A stretch of 63,758 nt of DNA, counting the filler, from Stramenopiles sp. TOSAG23-3 (Eukaryota), in NCBI GenBank assembly GCA_900128585.1. It is 9 parts of 9 records of this genome, joined end to end, with 100 filler letters (N's around TTAATTAATTAA, not from the genome) between each part and the next. Parts side by side here need not be neighbours in the genome. Positions count along the whole stretch, not along the records: positions 60,595 to 62,126 come from LT645723.1; positions 62,227 to 63,758 come from LT645724.1; 7 more parts are not named here. The stretch is one strand, 5' to 3'. Under the pieces are notes generated by a model. The model saw only the letters and a list, made by a program, of their open reading frames with translations. It did not search any database and had not been told where the DNA came from. The translations under genes and the position numbers were made by a program. Below are positions 61,070 through 63,758 of the stretch, one piece after another (the first letter of the stretch is position 1; each line of letters opens with the position of its first letter).

Positions 61070-61417
61070 TAAAATAATTGGCTGTCATTTGTTTTTAAGT
61101 TTTTTTTACGTATATAGACTCTAAAAAGCAATATTAAGAAAACAAATTTTATATAAAGTATAAGTAATTAAAATTTATCTTACTCATGTTGTACCGCGAA
61201 AATGAATCTGTTCCTTTTGTTCATTAAATGTTTACGCTCCTTCATGTGCTGCAAACTTAACTCTTGTGGTACTGTGGTACTACGAAGTAAAAAGTAATAA
61301 ATAATACCCTTGTCACTTAGCCTTGGATGTACTCCATGCATGATCCGAATCGGTAACGTAGGTGGATTTGCGTCGATGTCAAATGCTTTTAAATAACAGC
61401 CAATATTTTGTTTTTAA
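61070..61417 (+). mobile_element. Dispersed repeat copy with inverted termini (MITE-like)
   Basis: Left AAAATAATTGGCTGTCATTT; core GTACCGCGAAAATGAATCTG...CCCTTGTCACTTAG...ACTCCATGCATGATCCGAATCGGT; right TTAAATAACAGCCAATATTTTGTTTTTAA. Confidence 0.85.
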
Positions 61418-61510
61418 ATAACTCAGCAGAAGAACTTTTATGTAATTTTTGTTTAAAATTCAAAATAAGAATCATTTTATGATGTGCGGTTTCTATATCA
61501 CAGCACCATT

Positions 61511-62032
61511 TCAACCGTTAAACCTTTCCGTTGCCATAAATTTTACCCACCCTTGCGGTCTTTCCCACTGTGTGCGGTCTTCCTTCTGGTTGTAATAGTA
61601 AGGCTTTCCGTTTTCGGAAATCAGCTCCCACCACGTCCCGAACACTTTTGTGTTTGGGGGAGGTTTACGGGCTCGGCGTTTTTTCTTCTTTTGTTTTGCT
61701 GCTTTCTTCTTTTCCAAGGCTGGGGCAGCGGGGGGGGAGGATAGGGCATTTGCCTGCGTCATATCAATGATTGAGCATTTGCGCCCCTCTCCCTCTTCTT
61801 CTGCCTTCGGGCCATCCACCATTGTTTTCACAAAACTGATTGGATTGGAAAAAAACTCAATCACAGAACCACGGGCGCTCTCCTCGTTTTCCTTCGTCGT
61901 TTCAACAATTGAGCGTTTGCGTACCTCCCCCTCTTCTTCTGCCTTCGCACCATCCACCAATGTTTTCACAAAACAAACTACCAAAAGCAAAACAGCAACA
62001 AGCAGAAAACCATTGTTACCGTGCACATCCAT
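61511..62032 (-). CDS. Small WW-domain protein with N-terminal hydrophobic segment and internal duplication
   Basis: WWELISENGKPYYYNQKEDRTQWERP; FLLVAVLLLVVCFV; FVKT.VDG.KAEEEGE.RK.SI occurs twice. Confidence 0.75.
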   Translation of the reverse strand: MDVHGNNGFLLVAVLLLVVCFVKTLVDGAKAEEEGEVRKRSIVETTKENEESARGSVIEFFSNPISFVKTMVDGPKAEEEGEGRKCSIIDMTQANALSSPPAAPALEKKKAAKQKKKKRRARKPPPNTKVFGTWWELISENGKPYYYNQKEDRTQWERPQGWVKFMATERFNG

Positions 62033-62126
62033 TGGAACAGCGCCTGAACATCCTCCCTCTCATGGTCTACAATGAGATCGGATGACACATAATTTGTCAG
62101 GGCATACGTAAATATGCAGAAAAACA

Positions 62127-62226
62127 NNNNNNNNNNNNNNNNNNNNNNNNNNNNNNNNNNNNNNNNNNNNTTAATTAATTAANNNNNNNNNNNNNNNNNN
62201 NNNNNNNNNNNNNNNNNNNNNNNNNN
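62127..62226. other. Artificial contig spacer
   Basis: N44-TTAATTAATTAA-N44. Confidence 0.98.
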
Positions 62227-63493
62227 TTAAGTGTTCGGCAAACTTTTCCCAGGCAGCGGTAGCCGTCAGGCCTGGGCTTATGCAGTTGACAGTTATGCGT
62301 CGGCTCGCTAGGTTTTTCGCGTAGTATCGTGTCATCTGTTCCATAACTGCTTTCCCGGCCATTGGCATGTCATACGTGCCTGCCCGAGGGGTCGTCATTG
62401 CATTGCAGCCGGGGGCAGTTATGCCGACAATATATCCCGCGCCGGCGGACATTCGAGATGCTGCACGTTCTGCCAACGCGCAAAACCCTTTGCCATACAT
62501 GTCCATGTAAAAGTTGAAAGGTCCGAAATTGACCGACTTTGACTTTTCATCAAATAGGGACCCATCACCGTAGCGAAGATTGTCCGACGCAGAGAGCCCA
62601 CGATTGTTTTCCGACGTGATTCCAATATACTGCCCAGCGCAATGTACTGCGGCGACTAATTTCCCACCTTGTGGAAACTTATCAACGGCAGAAAATAATA
62701 AATTAAACGTCTCGTCTTTCGCGATGTCACCCCCCGCGCAAACTACAGTCGCACCGTACCGACGGTCAAGAACCTTGCCCCAGGTCTCGCAACGGGTTCG
62801 ATTTGTGTTATATCCTAGGACTAAATTATAACCATCTCTAGCTAGCGCATCTGAAATACCAGCACCAATTCCTGAACCGCCGCCTGTTACAATTGCGATG
62901 CGCCGGCTCTCCACGTTTGTACTGCCTGCGCGAACGCCTGGCTCGTACCGACGAAGGATGACGTCGCCAGATTGTTCGCTATCTCTCACCACGACGCTAT
63001 GTTTTGAAAACAGCACACTGGAACGGGGACCACCCGCATCGTCCGAGAAACTCGCGCACACCGTTCCCTTTACAGAGTCGTGAACAAAATCAATACGGTC
63101 AAAGTCATCATCCTTTATCAAGCTACTTAAGGCCGAGTTTGGCTTGCCTTTCCAAATTGCTGTCAGCGGTGTTCCTCTTTCGCTACGGACAACTTCGTTG
63201 GTTGGAATGAGGTAGTGGCGCCCTGTTAATTCTCCAGTTGACGACTCCTGAAGAAAGACTAGCGCGGGCTTCATTTCTGTTTTATCGGTGCTACCTTCGG
63301 CTCCATCTTTTTCACTGCAGGTCTCCCAAAATAATACCCTCTGGTGTCCTTCACTAGTGCCGATACGCGGCAAATTTGATATTTCATCGGACGCCAGTTC
63401 CCGTACAACAATTCGGTGGTAACCTCCTTCGGGGTTGCGGCTGACCCTGCTCCCATTATCGAAACACCCCAGGAAAAAACTCACAGTCTGCAT
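62227..63493 (-). CDS. SDR oxidoreductase with long unknown N-terminal region, 3'-truncated
   Basis: IAIVTGGGSGIGAGI, GDI, VHCAG, ITVNCISPGLTAT; active-site region reads YDMPMAGK. Confidence 0.85.
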
Positions 63494-63758
63494 GGGGTGT
63501 TGTTAGCAACTGGCGCGCGCGAGATATCAATGTGCTCTAGTAAAAAAAAACTAATGATATAGTATGTTAGTGTGCTCTAGTAATATTCCGTGTTTAATTT
63601 TAAACTATTTTTGTTCAGGGAAAAGGCAGTATATTCTTATATGTTCATTCGATTTTGTAGTTACAGGAGGCATGTCTCCTAATAAACTAAAATACAACAC
63701 CCGTGTTGTAGACGGACGACTATTATACTTGGTAGTAAAATATTTATATTATTATTAT

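Noticed and set aside
8575-62226. Regularly spaced TTAATTAATTAA palindromes as a biological repeat or CRISPR-like array
   Set aside because: Always centred in an identical 100-bp N block; an assembly linker with six-frame stops.
1-63758. tRNA, rRNA, CRISPR arrays, selenoprotein/SECIS signals
   Set aside because: None recognised by eye; tRNAscan-SE, Infernal and SECISearch would be needed to exclude them.

Overview
This is eukaryotic nuclear DNA, not one continuous locus. Nine contigs (8574, 8574, 8571, 8560, 8544, 8538, 8533, 1532 and 1532 bp, in decreasing size) are joined by identical 100-bp N44-TTAATTAATTAA-N44 spacers, so adjacency across spacers means nothing and many genes are cut at contig ends. 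The genome is gene-dense and intron-poor, with GC-richer coding regions and very AT-rich divergent promoters. Ciliary genes (CFAP298, an ODAD1/CCDC114-like gene) indicate a flagellated protist; a stramenopile-type SAG/MAG is my inference. Recognisable genes: ankyrin, EF-hand/SHOCT, F-box-like, LamG+Sel1 (split by an inversion), Asp/Asn beta-hydroxylase, TPR, Ldh_2 dehydrogenase, TFIIS-like, TEN1, ankyrin-PCIF1-like, SAC3/GANP, a degenerate kinesin, ferric reductase, COG0523/CobW, PDZ coiled-coil, IST1-like, WW and two SDRs. Main leads: (1) an IST1 (ESCRT-III) domain fused to a WH2-WH2-C-A, Arp2/3-activator-like tail; (2) a frameshifted D5 primase-helicase-like, virus-like relic whose end is amplified as a dispersed inverted-repeat family found at gene 3' ends; (3) a TIR-DR-cargo-DR-TIR unit carrying the COG0523 metal chaperone next to a ferric reductase; (4) several proteins with replaced catalytic motifs (PCIF1-like, kinesin, TFIIS-like). 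All family calls come from reading motifs by eye; no searches were run.
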